A DNA stretch of 64,000 bases from the human T2T-CHM13v2.0 reference genome, Homo sapiens. How positions within the stretch are numbered: position 1 is the first letter of the stretch; the number at the start of each line of letters is the position of its first letter. This document shows positions 1 through 14,245 of this stretch, in pieces. The translations under genes and the position numbers were made by a program. The notes under the pieces are model-generated. The model was not told the DNA's origin, ran no database searches, and saw only the letters and a program-made list of their open reading frames with translations. Where the stretch lies: assembly GCF_009914755.1 (NCBI RefSeq), contig NC_060930.1, one strand, 5' to 3'.

Positions 1-385
1 CTTTTACTAAGCATGTTTTCAAGTTTCATCCACCTCATGGCCCAAATCAGTACTTCATTCTTGTTTATGGCTCAGTAATATTCCACTGTATGAATATACC
101 ACAGTTTCTTTAAGCACTTACCAGTTGATGGACATATGGGTTGTTTCCATCTTTGGCTACTGTAAATAGTGCTGCTGTGAGCACTGGTGTACAAGCTTTT
201 GTTTGAATACCTCTTTTTCAGTTCTTTTGGGAATATACCTAGGAGTGGAGTTGCTGGGTCATATGGTAATTCTATATTTAACTTTTTAAGGAACTGCCAA
301 AGTGATTTCCACAGAGGTTGCATCATTTCATATTCCCACTAACAATGCACGAGGGTTTCAGTTTCTCTATGTCCTCACCAAACAT
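1..385 (-). mobile_element. Old LINE-1 (L1M-type) fragment, end of ORF2 / start of 3'UTR
   Basis: ORF 72..326(-) reads QPLWKSLWQFLKKLNIELPYDPATPLLGIFPKELK, the recognisable L1 ORF2 C-terminus; degenerate. Confidence 0.9.
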
Positions 386-1674
386 CATTAAATATATTAT
401 TGAGAAGTTTTTCTGGAACTGTAATACAGAATTTATGAAAATCTAAATTTACAGAACGGTTTGGAGGGCATTTTGGCACATGGCTTGGCATTTTTAAGTT
501 GTTAACAGTGTGAAGTATTCGGTGCTTCCCTGCAGTCAGAGCCCCTGGTTATTCTGGGAGCCACATGGCACTTGACCTCACAGTTAGTTTTAAGGCTCTG
601 TTCCCTTGCTCGTTCCATGGTGTAGAACATTCCCATTTCTCATAGACCTTTATTTCTCAATTTTCTTTCTGCAGAGCACAAAGCCTTCCTCTGTATCCCC
701 CACCCAGTAACTCCTCCCAATCCCCCAGTCTTATTAATATCCCAGCCCGTAGGAAAAACCGTCAAAGGAGATAACACCTGCCCACACATCCCCCATTGCA
801 CTCTGATAATATCTAATGAGACTTTCCAAGGCTCACCTTCAGCATGACAAACACCAATTCTCCCTGCTGGATTCCTGCTGTACCTGTCCCCAGTCCAACA
901 ACTTCCTGTTAGGAAAACCTGGCAGTTTTTCAATTAAGCAGATTGCACATGTCTTTCCAGAAATCTCAGGATCCTGGTGTGGTGAAAAGGACAGAATATC
1001 TGGGCTCTAGGCCCCATCTGTCACCCATGACCTTTGTTCTTTTCAGCATTTCCTACTGAATTTCTGCCAACTGCAAAGTGCTGTATTATACAGTGGACAG
1101 ATCACTGGTCCTGCCTAGGTCTCAAATCTAGGAGAGGAAACACCTTGTCTTTCCTGGATCTGAATGATCCTGGACATCTATTCCACCTGAAAGTAATTCT
1201 TTGCTTCTGAATTGGAAAGACTGTCTCGATGGGAGGGAACAGTGATACTATTTCTTGGTACTATAAATGGTACTATTTCTTGTTTTATCGAGTCTAGAAG
1301 TAGGCGTGTAACAAATGAGTAAACGTTCCCAAAATATTTGGGAGAGGACATGAGACATGGAAAGAAAATTGAGACTTGCCGTCACTTTCACAAAGCCCCC
1401 CAAATTCAGCAGAACAAAAATCTCAGAAGGAAAGGCAATCCTCGAACTTAAATGCATTTTTACTTTGTGTATTAGCCTTATTTTTCCAATTTCTAGGGAA
1501 CCACTGGCTTAGAGAAGAGAATCCAAAGAAGCAGAAACCCAATCTTCCGCTGACGTCTCAACAATGTGCCATCTGAACGATTTCTCATTTCTCTGTCTCC
1601 CTAGTTTCTTTTTCAGTTAACTCAAAAGTTTTCACTGGCCCATTTGAGCATTTTCGAAGTGTAACTAACGTCTA

Positions 1675-1693
1675 CAGCCACTAGAGGGCAGAC
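1675..1693 (+). promoter_or_regulatory. CTCF binding motif
   Basis: cagCCACTAGAGGGCAGac closely matches the CTCF core CCAC/GYAGRKGGCRS; lies in non-repeat, CpG-enriched DNA. Confidence 0.7.
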
Positions 1694-2166
1694 CGCAGCC
1701 TGAGGTCCGGTCCTGAGGCTGCAGAACCATCACCTCATTTCATTTTCCCTGCGTGCCTCCAGACGGCGCTGCAGCTCGTGTCAATCTTGCCAGCTCCGAC
1801 GCTCCTGGCGCTGAGCTCCTCACTGGAGAGGGTAGGGAGAGTCTACCGTATCTGAGAGGCAACTGAGGAAGGGGCACCCTTCCTGGAGACGCTGCCCTGC
1901 ATCAGAATCCCAGGAGGAGCTTTCCTCTTTGTATTTAAATTCTGTAACTGGAATTCATCATTGGCATAAAAAATATTTATAAAGTTCTTCGGCAGCGTCG
2001 TAGGCTACTAAGCGTGGAATAAACAGACGCTGCCCCGTCAGGGTTGAGTGACCCATCAAAACTCCTGAGGAACTTTCTCCTGTCAGTTTCTTCAGGGACA
2101 GCAGGACGACATTCTCCTTTCCCTCCCTCTAAAAACACAGGCAGGATATCATCTTTGGAGTCTTAG

Positions 2167-2593
<427 letters not shown>

Positions 2594-2862
2594 CGATTTT
2601 AAACTTTTCAAAGCAAAGTTGATGTTAAAAACATGAAATACCACGAAAGAGCTTGTCATGAGAAGGAACGTTCCCAGTCTATTCCTTCCCACACGCCACC
2701 CCTGGTTCTCCAGCTAAAGGCGACCTTTAGGAACTTTTAACAGTTTCTATTTTCAGGATTTCTTGGGGGTCACCTCCAGATCTCTAAGTGATGTACCCAT
2801 GGTACTATTTCTTGTTTTATTGAGTCTAGATTATAAACAATCTACTGAGTTTCTCTTTTAAC

Positions 2863-3012
2863 AGATGAGGATTTAGCCTTTTTGAGGAAGTCTCTTGTGA
2901 TCTCTGTTTTGAAGATGAGAAAACTGAAACTCACAAGGTTCAAGTGACGTGTCCAAGGTCACATAACCAAGAGCTGATGGAGTGGGAATTAGGACCCAGG
3001 TTTCCTAACTCT
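2863..3012 (-). mobile_element. MIR fragment
   Basis: MIR core agatgagaaaactga...aagtgac.tgtccaaggtcaca. Confidence 0.75.
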
Positions 3013-3382
3013 AGGATCCTTGTAATTTCCACCCCACGTTGTGGGGGACTCAACCCGCCTTTGCAAAAATTATAACTGAGAAAATTATGACAATGAAAGA
3101 GATCTGACGTAACCAACTCCATCTTGCTTCTAACCTCCAAGCTGTCCTTGTTCATTCCTGGGTGTAGGCTGAACTAACTTTGCGAGGAACTTAGTTTATA
3201 GTTTAACTTTGAAACAAAGGTGACAACAGCCCTTTCCCAAAACAAACCCCCTTCCTGCTTGGGACCAGACTGCCTTTAGAGGACTAATAGATTAGCCTCT
3301 ATTAGTCCTCTAATCTTGTGGCTACAAGATTAGAAATTATGGTTCAGGAGTCATGCAGCTGGAGGCTATAAGATTCTGAACT

Positions 3383-3698
3383 GGCCAGGCACGGTGGCTC
3401 ACGCCTGTAATTCCAGCACTTTGGGAGGCCGAGGTGGGTGGATCACGAGGTCAAGAGTGCAAGACCAGCCTGGGCAAGATGGTGAAACCCCGTCTCTACT
3501 AAAAATACAAAAAAATTAGCCAGGCTTGGTGGCACGCGCCTGTAATTCCAGCTACTTGGGAGGCTGAGGCAGAGAATTGCTTAAACCCAGGAGGCCGAGG
3601 TTGCAGTGAGCCAAGATTGCGCCACTGCACTCCAGCCTGGGCGACAGGGAAAGGCTCCATCTCAAAAAAAAAAAAAAAAAAAAAAAAGGAAAAGAAAA
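3383..3698 (+). mobile_element. Alu (AluSg-like) inside LTR8
   Basis: Full dimer with A-tail; flanking aagattctgaa repeated. Confidence 0.92.
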
Positions 3699-3986
3699 GA
3701 TTCTGAAGATTCTGAACCTCCTTGAATTACTCCTGGGGATAAATCATCATTGTAAAATTTAAGATCAGTGCTTGAGCTATTTTGCAGACTCTGTGCTGGA
3801 TATATCAGCTGGCACCACCCAGATGGATACACTGGCTCATCTGGTCTTGTGGCCCCCACCCAGGGACTGCCAGACAGCACAAGAGGACAGCTTCGACTCA
3901 CTGTGATTTCATCTCCAACCCAACAATCAGCACTCCTGACTCACGGTCCCCTAGCCACCAAATTATCCTTAAAAACTCTGATCCCT

Positions 3987-4357
<371 letters not shown>

Positions 4358-4539
4358 CTACAGCCAGCTCTACATGAATTAAATTCCTTCTCTGTTGCGA
4401 TTCCCCCATCTTGATAAATCAGCTCTGTCTAGGCAGTGGGCAAGGAGAACCCCCCGGGCAGTTACAGCACCACTTCACGGCTTACCCGCCAGGGTAATTA
4501 CCTTCTAGGGTTGTATTCAGGTGTCAAAACTGAGGTAGT

Positions 4540-4821
4540 GGCCAGGCGTGGTGGCTCACATCTGTAATCCTAGCATTTTGGGAGGCCATGGCTGGCGGAT
4601 CACCTGAAGTCAGGGGTTCGAGACCAGCCTGGCCAGCATGATGAAACCCCTTCTCTACTAAAAATATAAAAATTAGCCAGGCGTGGTAGCACTTGCCTGC
4701 AATGGCAGCTACTCGGGGGGCTGAGGCAGGAGAATCACTTGAATCCAGGAGGCAGAGCTTGCAGTGAGCCAGAGATTACACCATTGCACTCCAGCCTGGG
4801 TGACAGAGTGAGACTCTGTCT

Positions 4822-4852
<31 letters not shown>
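4540..4852 (+). mobile_element. Alu (AluS)
   Basis: Full dimer; degenerate TSD aaaactgaggtagt / aagactgatgtagt. Confidence 0.93.
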
Positions 4853-4854
<2 letters not shown>

Positions 4855-4887
4855 CTGATGTAGTAAGGCTCCTTAAAATGGGTCTGA

Positions 4888-5036
4888 GAGATAAAATACA
4901 GGATGCCCAGTTAGATTTGAATTTCAGACAAAGAACAAATACTTTTTTGGTATAAATATGCCCTAAATATTGCATGGGGCATACCCACTGGAATATGCAT
5001 GGGACATACTTGCTTTTATTTGCTAAATCTGGCAAT
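4888..5036. mobile_element. MER53-like palindromic hAT MITE (partly deleted)
   Basis: gataaaatacaggatgcccagttagatttgaatttcaga ... ttttatttgctaaatctggcaa. Confidence 0.75.
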
Positions 5037-5039
5037 TAT

Positions 5040-5834
5040 AGGAGAGAAAATATTTCTTTTCTCACCAATTGCCAGGTTCATGGTTCAGACTCCTATAATA
5101 AGAGACAGATTAACAAGAGAAGAGTTTAACAAATTTATTTGAAGTAAGTTTTATGTGACAGGGGCTGGGCGCAGTGGCTCACACCTGTAATCCCAGCACT
5201 TTTAGAGGCTGAGGTAGGATGATTGCCTGAGCCCAGGAGTTCAAGACTAGCCTGAGCAACATAGCGAGACCCCCATCTCTACAAAAAGTTTAAAAATGAG
5301 CTTGGTGTGGTGGCATGCACCCGTAGCTCCAGCTACTTGGGAGGCTAAGGTGGGAGGATTGCTTGGGAAGATCCCCAGTGGGAGGAGGTCAAAGCTGCAG
5401 CGAACCATGCTCATACCACTGCACTCCAGCCTGGCTGACAGAGTGAGACCTTGTCTCAAACAAAAGAGAACAAAACAAGCTTTATGTGACCCGGGAACCT
5501 TCAGAAATTAAGATCCAAAGAAACAGGGAAAACTGTGTATGTTCATGAACAGTCATGCAGAAGTATGATTGGGTAAAAGGGTATTAGCTAATGGTTATAA
5601 ACAGGAGGGAACTTAGCAAGTCCTGTTCGGATTCTTCTTGGTGTCTCTGTGTCTTCAGATAGGGACATTCCTTTCCTCCAGGTATACGGTGGGCCATGCT
5701 GGAGTGAGAGATTTACAACCTATATCAGAGGAGAAGGAACAAGGGGAAGAAAGTGAGGGAGACCTTCCTGCTTCTGTTGTCTTCTCAAATGCCAAGGTGC
5801 CCTGTTTTGGGGTAGTGTGTGCTGAACTCCATCA
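5040..5834 (-). mobile_element. MER34/MER39-group ERV1 LTR, interrupted by AluJ
   Basis: Reverse strand begins tgatggagttcagcacacactaccccaaaacagggcaccttggcatttgagaagacaacagaagcaggaagg. Confidence 0.7.
5163..5476 (+). mobile_element. AluJ
   Basis: J-type diagnostics (gagcccaggagttc, aggtcaaagctgcag); TSD-like aag(t/c)tttatgtgac on both sides. Confidence 0.9.
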
Positions 5835-6243
5835 CAATTCTACTTTGACTATGAATCTAGGCTTATACATAGGCTGGTTTCTAGAACTGCAGGTACAGTA
5901 ACAGGCCTATGGTTTATTCATGACAAAGGAATTTTTCTGAGAAAGACAGACACTATTTATGACTTCCATACAGATAAAATATAAAACAGGCAAAGTTAAA
6001 ACATATAATATTTACTGATACAGACACATAAAGTAAGATGACAAAGAAAAGCAAGTGAATTGGTAATACAAAATTTAGGAGAGTGATTACCTGGTATGTG
6101 TGGGATATGTCATGAGGAGAAGTAGACCAGGGGCTTCTAAGCTCTAGGGAAAAGGCTAGGGAAATGGTGTGCATTTTATTTTTTGATGTAGTATATTTCT
6201 ATGCACTCTTTGTGTATATATTTTATTTTTTATTTTTTAAAAA

Positions 6244-6570
<327 letters not shown>

Positions 6571-7539
6571 CTAGATTCTGAACGACACAGACCAAGGTTG
6601 TAAACCTAGCTCTAGCATCTCTGAGCTTTGGTTTCTTTATCTGTAGAATGGGAATAATAATACGTAGTTGGCAGCACTGTTGTGTGTTTTAAAAATAATA
6701 TATGTAAAGAACAGCAGAGGGTAGGCATCTAGCACATCTTTAGGAAATGCTACTGTCAATTAAGTCTACGTAGGAGTGAAGTAGAGATTGTGCCAGAACT
6801 TCCACATCCTTCTAGGTAAGCTGTGATCAGATACTGTCTTTGCTTCTGTTGGCTGTTGCCTTCTTACCTAAACTCTTTCTTTTGTGGGTGTGTATTGAAA
6901 TTCTGAAGAAATCACCTGAAACTTCACATAATTTTGAATGTTGAACTACTTCTTAATAGTAAACTGTGGCCCTTTAAAAAATAGATTTGTGAGTAAATGA
7001 GTGATGTTTGTAAAGGGAAGAGCCAAAAAGGAAAGTCAATTCCCTGTTAATGTTAAGTTCTAGCTTCAAAGCACAGGAGACATGTAGAGAAATCAATGAG
7101 GAAAAGTTTCTTGATTGGAACAGGCAATCATTTGCCATGGACATGCAAAAGGTAAATCATTTTCATTAATTGTACACTCTCAGGCTCCCCACTGGAGAAA
7201 GAGATTTTTAGCAAAATTCTAGAATTCTAAATATACAGAACATTTTCCCATGTTCTGCATATTTCTATACAGAATTACTAATATACTGAAGTCTTTTGGC
7301 TTCAAAAAAAAGAACCAACTTCCCTTGGCTGAAGAATTCACTTTAAGCCATAATTTAATGTTAAACAAACCAAGCCTTTAAAAAAAATGAGGTAAAGAGA
7401 ACCTTCAAATTAAGAATGCTAATTGAAGAATTTTTCATGTAAGTATTCAGAATTGGCTGAAGGGAGGATTCACTATGCCAGTTTAGAAGGAAATATTCTA
7501 CCAAAGTTTATTTTTATACATTTTGCATCAAGTTAAAAT

Positions 7540-8250
7540 ATCCTGAGAGTAAAATGTTCAAACTCACTAGTAATGCAATAACATAAATCAAAATAATATT
7601 GAGAAATCATTTCACCCTCAAAAATATTAACGCTCAGTGCTGCCACAGGTATGGTGTACAGTGAAGCAGGCTTTCTTGCACTTTGCTAGTGGAGTATAAA
7701 TTCGGACAATCTGGAAAAGCAGTTTGCTAGTATCTATTAAGAGCTCTAAACATATCTATATTCTTTGACCTTGTAACTTTAGACTATTTCCTTAAAATCT
7801 CAGAAGCACAGCCTTGGTCAAAAAGGAAACCACCCACCCTTCATCAGAGGTCTGGTTTCCAGTTCATAGAATAAATGTGAATATTATCATTATATTTTCT
7901 GATAATGGTGGAAAAGTGAGCTATCTAAACATTCATCAACGGGAATGATGAGGTAACTTAGTGTGCACTCATACTGTGGAGATATACCCAGCAAGTACAT
8001 TTACCAAGATGTTAATGAAAAGATAAAATGCTCACAAGTTTACGTTAAATGAAAAAAGCAGTATGCAAATGGCACAAAATTATCTCAACTATGCAAAATA
8101 CGTACTTATAAATATATTGGAATAAGAGAAACCAATCTACTAACACATAGTAATTTTAGGATTGAGGGATTGTAAGTGATTTTTATTTTCTTCTTTATAT
8201 GTTTTCCTATTTTCCAAATTTTCTACAATGAGCACTATTACCATAATAAT
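7540..8250 (+). mobile_element. Old L1 (L1ME/L1MC-like) 3' fragment
   Basis: Degenerate L1 ORF2-end and 3'UTR motifs (aaaatgttcaaactcactagtaat; ctggaaaagcagtttg..gtatctatta; ttttctacaatgagca). Confidence 0.65.
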
Positions 8251-8846
8251 AAAAACCAAAAAGATATTTTTAACAATTCCGAGGCAGTGGCATATTTCTC
8301 TATTGGTTATACATGAATTGACTCGTGTTCAGGGGAGAAAGAAAGCTAATGACACAGGTCCAATATACCATTTCACTTCCTCAAGGCAGGGTTAAAATGG
8401 CATTTTCTCAACATGTGTTCGCTTCAAAGAGTGTGTGCAGCATACATTACCAGTAAGTTGCAGGATTTCGCTCTATTTCTAGAACTCCAGTACCTGAGTT
8501 AAACAAAAGTCATGCTTTTCATATTGGTATATGAAATGACATACATCTCTAGTTCCTTGAGAGAGCATGCAATTTGTAATGCCTATTATTTTTATGTTAT
8601 GAAACCCATCTCTATAATTATTAGGCAGAAGGCGTAATGAAGTTGGCTGATTACAAAGGAAGGGGAAGCCAAGTGTTTCCAGCTCTCTGATGTTTTCTAG
8701 TGATAGCCATTGATTAGAGCAGTGTTATTTTGAAGCAATTTTACTGAAAAGGGAATATGTTTATAGAACATTAATTGAGTTTATTGCTTAAGAGCTTTAA
8801 ATTTCATGATTTGGGCATTGGTCTCTCTCTCCAGGATTTCAGAGTG

Positions 8847-9272
8847 TGTCTTAATATGTTTAGTGTTGCTGTAACTGAACACTCGAGACTGGGTAGTTTA
8901 TAAAGATAAAAGGTTCTTTGACTCATCACTCTGGTGGCTGGAAAGTCCAAGATTAGGCATTGGTATCTGGTGAAAGCCTTAGGTTGCTTCAACTCACAGT
9001 GGAATGGAGCCAGTGTGTGCAAAGAGATAGGGAGAGAGGAGGCAAGGGAGATGGGTTTTGGGTGGGGGGTACCTGGCTCTTTTTAACCACTAGATCTCAT
9101 GGGACTTAATAGAATGAGAATTCACTCACCTTGAGGGAGGGCATTAATCTATCCATGAGGGATCTGCCTCCATGATCCAAACACCTCCCACCAGGCCCAC
9201 TCCAACACTGCCACATTGGGACTCAAATTTCAACATGAGGTTTAGAGGGGACAAACATGCAAAACATAGTAT
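8847..9272 (-). mobile_element. MaLR LTR (MST/MLT1A-type)
   Basis: tgtctta..gagactgggtagtttataaag..ggctggaaagtccaagat..tttcaacatgaggtttagaggggacaaacat. Confidence 0.85.
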
Positions 9273-9651
9273 AGCATGGTGGGAATAGGATAAAGCAGGA
9301 ATCCACTGTTAAATTTTACTTACAATCAATGTTCTAAGTCTTCTTGGTCAGATCGTTCTTTAAATATATATAATTCTTAAATTGAAAGGGTCAGTTCTAG
9401 AGTGACATTACATATGCTGTTGCTGACAATGCAATGCTCTTTGCAAAAACAGGTTTAGGTTAAAGAAAGGCCAGTGACCAGGCTGACTGGCAACATACAA
9501 AGGAAAGGCCATAAAAACTTGAACTTTACAAAGTTGTTCTTCACCATTTTGCTGTGTGGCATTTATTATTCCAAAAACTAAGGAACAGCAATATTCATTG
9601 AAATGTTCATAAAGTCATCAAGTTTATATACCTCCTTTTAAATATATCATT

Positions 9652-9750
9652 TGAGAGGTGGAAGAATCATCTGAGCTCAGGAGTTCAAGACCATCCTGGG
9701 CAACATAGCGAGACCCCATCTCTCAATTTTAAAAAGTAAAAATAAAAATA
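9652..9750 (+). mobile_element. Alu monomer fragment (FLAM/AluJ)
   Basis: gagctcaggagttcaagaccatcctgggcaacatagcgagacccc followed by A-rich tail. Confidence 0.8.
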
Positions 9751-10439
9751 TCATTTGATCCTGGAAGTCTCACACATTATAAAGGAAATATTTAAATAAG
9801 GCTCTTCAGGTTACTTGAAAAACTCTTTGGCTTAGCTTAGCTGAAATGAACTGAGTATTGTTTTATGTTGGAGAATAGTACTTTGTTTGCTAATATATAA
9901 TATTATGTATGTACTACTGCTTTACAAATTAATTGTTTCATGGATATTGGCTTATATCCCCAACTAGATTAAAAATAGCAGTGGGCAGGACCTATGTCTT
10001 ATATTCCTTTTATATTCTCCATGGCATCAAACACTATGCTGAAAATCAGGGTGCATTTGGAAAGAAGCGGGAAAACTTAAGACTAGTGAGAGAGAAAGCA
10101 CCTGAAAATAAAAATCTGAAATGAGACTGGGGATGCTACAGCCTAAAAGAACAATCTAGGGCTGGACTTTAAGGTCTGAGGTCTGGAGACCCTGCAACAC
10201 ATCCCTTTTCAAAAGAAGAAGCTGTTGCAGGTGGGGCTCTGTTTGACTTTCAGAAGGATTTTTGCTGGGCATGACCCCTCACATTAAGTGAGGCTTTTAA
10301 AAATTTTTGTACTGATGCATTCATATTTGAAATGCAGTCTAATGTTCTTATTGAGTATATAGAAAGGAAATAGCCCTGTTTTGTATTCTTAATCCCTTGG
10401 AGCTTTTTAAATTTTTAACTTGATAAATCAACTATGTGA

Positions 10440-10841
<402 letters not shown>

Positions 10842-11010
10842 TCAATTATATCTTACATTATCACCCACAACAATCATCATCTTTAGCTACCATTACATGT
10901 GGACCAGAAGAGTGAACATCTTAAAATTCCTCCAGAATAAATAATCCGTGCTAACTCTCATCAATTCCTCAGACAAGGTTTTGCTTTGCTAGGTCTTAAA
11001 GTTTCAATCT

Positions 11011-11289
11011 GGCCAGGCACAGTGGTGTACACCTGTAATCTCAGCACTTTGGGAGGCCTAGGCTGGTGAATCACTTGAGTCCAGGAGTTTGAGACCAGCT
11101 GAAGCAACATGGTGAAACCCTGTCCACACAAAAAATGCAAAAATTAGCCAGGTGTGGTGGTGCACACCTGTAGTCCCAGCTACTTGGGAGGCTGAGCTGA
11201 GAGGATTACTTGAGCTCAGAAAGTCAAGGCTGCAGTGAGGCATGGTCACACCACTGGACAACTGAGCAAGACCCTGTGTCAAAAAAAAA
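11011..11289 (+). mobile_element. AluJ
   Basis: Full dimer; TSD aaagttt(c/g)aatct. Confidence 0.9.
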
Positions 11290-11564
11290 AGTTTGAATCT
11301 AATAGCATGCAACTTTTTGCTGCTGTTATTTAATTAATAGTTTATTTGATAAATATACTCCATGAGAGGCATTCCAAATGGATTTTGGGGATAAACGTCT
11401 TCACGTTTATGGAGATAAGCATGAATAGAAGGAGGGAGGCAATCATGAATGATACATGTTACCATAATCATATGTATGTAAACTACAACACATCAAACTA
11501 TGTCTTATGTTGAGAAAAACAGTTGGAATTTAAGTGTTTCCAATGTGTTATTTGTTAAGCTAGT

Positions 11565-12227
11565 GTCTCTCAGCTTTGAACCTATAGTTCCATATCCTGT
11601 TTTGTGATGCAGGCACTCTGCAAACCTTTCTCTTTATTGGTTGGTTCCTTTAGGCTCTGCTAATTGGGCACTAGAGAGAGACTGTGGGGTTGGAGGGGGA
11701 AGACAAGGTGCTCTCTTTTCTCTTTGCTTCAGAGTCACCTTAGCTATGCTACTTCACTTGCCAGCAGCAGTTCCCTCCAGAAGCAGCATGATTCCAATTT
11801 GCTGACTTACTAAAATGTAGAGAACCAGCCTTATCATGCACTCCTAGAGATGTGGCCTCAGTGAACAGGAAACCCCCTCCCTTCCTCATAGGTCTGGGTC
11901 TCAGCTCCTGAGGACCCTCTTCCAGATTTCTGAAGCACCAGCATTATCTGGGCAACAGTCGCTCTTCAGAGGTCTGAATTCCAGTCTGTAGGGACCCATT
12001 CTTCAAGACTGTCAGTTTCAATAATTCCAACCTTTTTCTTTAGTTCCTCAGTTCTAGTGGGGATAGCTGTGTCCTATGGATGTGGTAAGGCATCTCTGAG
12101 ATACCTTACTGTTCCTTCATTGCCTTTTTAGTTGTTCCATATCTGGCCAGCAATTCCTGATACTACTTTCTCTCTGTTAAGCTAACTGGGGTGGTTTCTG
12201 TCTTCTTATGGGATCCTGACCAATACA
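11565..12227. mobile_element. ERVL LTR (LTR33/LTR41 group)
   Basis: taggctctgctaat.gggcactagagagagactg..; ends ggtttctgtcttc..cctgaccaataca. Confidence 0.6.
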
Positions 12228-12516
12228 GCTTCCTAAAACATTAAGATTGGGAGGGTCAATGTTAATGTTCATAAAATACACATGGCTGGTTGCTGAAAAT
12301 TTTGGGCAGGTAAGAGGGAGAAATTCCTTTTTTATTCCCAGCTCTGGGAGCTTTCCTAATAGTCCAGTGGACCAGGCTATATAGAAACAAATTTAAAAGT
12401 ACACATATTTAAGCCAATTTAAAAAAATATGTATTTTTTCCTTTGTTGCCTAAAAGTTTCTGTAGAAGCTCTCATTCCTAAAAATCACGTGATGCATCTA
12501 GACATTCTATAAGATT

Positions 12517-12681
12517 CTTTTCTTTTTTTGTTTTTAGAGATGGAGTGTTGCTCTGTCACCCAGGCTAAAGTTCAGTGGCACAATCACAGCTCACTGTAGC
12601 CTCCAACTCCTGGGCTCAAGTGATCCTCCTGCCTCGGCCTTCCAAAGAGCTGGGATTACAGGTGCGAGCCACCACGGCTGG
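12517..12681 (-). mobile_element. Alu monomer (FLAM/FRAM-like)
   Basis: Single-arm antisense Alu sequence with T-rich lead. Confidence 0.8.
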
Positions 12682-12689
12682 GTTAAGCA

Positions 12690-13238
12690 TTCTGTATGTC
12701 TTTTAAAGAAATCTTTGCCAAACTCAAGATCACTAAATTCTCCTATCTATTGTATTCCTTCAGAAATTTTATAGTTTTGGCTCTTACATTTAAGGATTCA
12801 TTTTGAGTCAAATTTAGTGTATACTGTGAGATAAAGATTGAGGGTTCTTTTTTTTTTTTTTTAGGTAAATGACACTACAATTCTTTCAGAATCATTTGCT
12901 GGAAAGATTGTCTTTACCCCATTGAATTGCCTTGGCATCTTTGTCAGAAATCTACTGGTTAAATGTGTATGTATTTTATTTCTAGAGTCTCTATTCTGTT
13001 CCGTTGATTTCTATGCCTATCTTGATACCAATACAACACTATTTTGATTACTATAGCTTAACAGGAAGTCTTGAAATCAGGTAGTAAGTTCTTTAATTTC
13101 TTTTTTAAAATTGCTTGGGCTACTCTAGTTTCTTTGCATTTCCATATACATTTTAAAATTAGGTTGTCACGTTTATAAAAATAAAGTCTGTTGGGATTTT
13201 AATTGGGATTTCCTTAGTTCTACACACCAATTTGGGGT
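12690..13238 (-). mobile_element. L1M ORF2 fragment
   Basis: Antisense L1 motifs (ccattgaattgccttggcatctttgtc; cttgataccaatac..ttttgattactatagct; gttgggattttaattgggatt). Confidence 0.8.
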
Positions 13239-13684
13239 GATAGCAATAAACATTTTATGATTTGTTACATTAAAATACATAGGTCTATCTTGCGGTTTGA
13301 ATGAATTTTACCATACCTGATTTTGTGACATCATGCATCAGTCACTTGGAAAATATCAGATCACTGAGGCATGCAGAACTTCCATATGTTTACAAATTAT
13401 ATTATATTATTTATTTAAAAATATTCATTAATATCACTATCTCATTGGAATAGTCTAAGTATCAGGGAGCTTTCAAGCTCACAGTGGCACATACGTGTTT
13501 CTAAAAATTCTGACTTTTCATGGAAAGCTCTAATTTTATCATTGGCAATAAAGGCTTTCAGTTGTTTTCCTTGAAGTGTCAGCCTCACTTTTGGTTCCTT
13601 TTTCAGAAAAAAATCTGCCAGAAACCCAAGTATGAATCTTAGTTTGTTTGTCAGTTGCTCTTAAAAAAAAAAAAAAATGATGTT

Positions 13685-14245
13685 AAAAGACAGGGATTGT
13701 CAGAGTAGATCAAGAAACAAGACCCAATTATATGTTGCCTACAAGAAACTCCCTTTCACAATGGGGCCAATTTGAGGGTGGAGGGTGGTAGGAGGGTGAG
13801 GACTGAAAAACTACCTATTGGGTACTATACTGATTACCTGAGTGACAAAATTGTCTGTACACCAATCCCCCATGACATGCAATTTACCCACGTAACAAAC
13901 CTGCACATGTACCCCTTGAAACTAAAAGTTGGAAAGGAAAAAAACCTCATGTTAAATATAAAGGCACATATAGATTAAAAGTGACAGGATGGAGAAATAT
14001 ATACCATGCTAACACTAATCAAAAGAGAGCAGGAGTAGCTATATTAACTTTAGACAAAGCAGGCTTCAGGCCAAGGAAAGTTAGCAGGGATAAAGAGACA
14101 TAATAATCCTTAATTGTGTATGTCCCTTACAAAAGAGCATGAAAATATATGACACAGTAACTGATAGAATTGTAAGGATCCACCATTATATTTGGAGACT
14201 TTAAACAACCCTTTATTGGTAATTAATAGATTCAGCTAGCAGAAA
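13685..14245 (+). mobile_element. L1 endonuclease-region fragment carrying a nested L1PB/old-L1PA 3' end (about 13762-13945)
   Basis: aagacccaattatatgttgcctacaagaaact (L1 EN region); gagggtggagggtgg.aggagggtgagg..gtaacaaacctgcacatgtacccc (L1 3' end). Confidence 0.8.
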
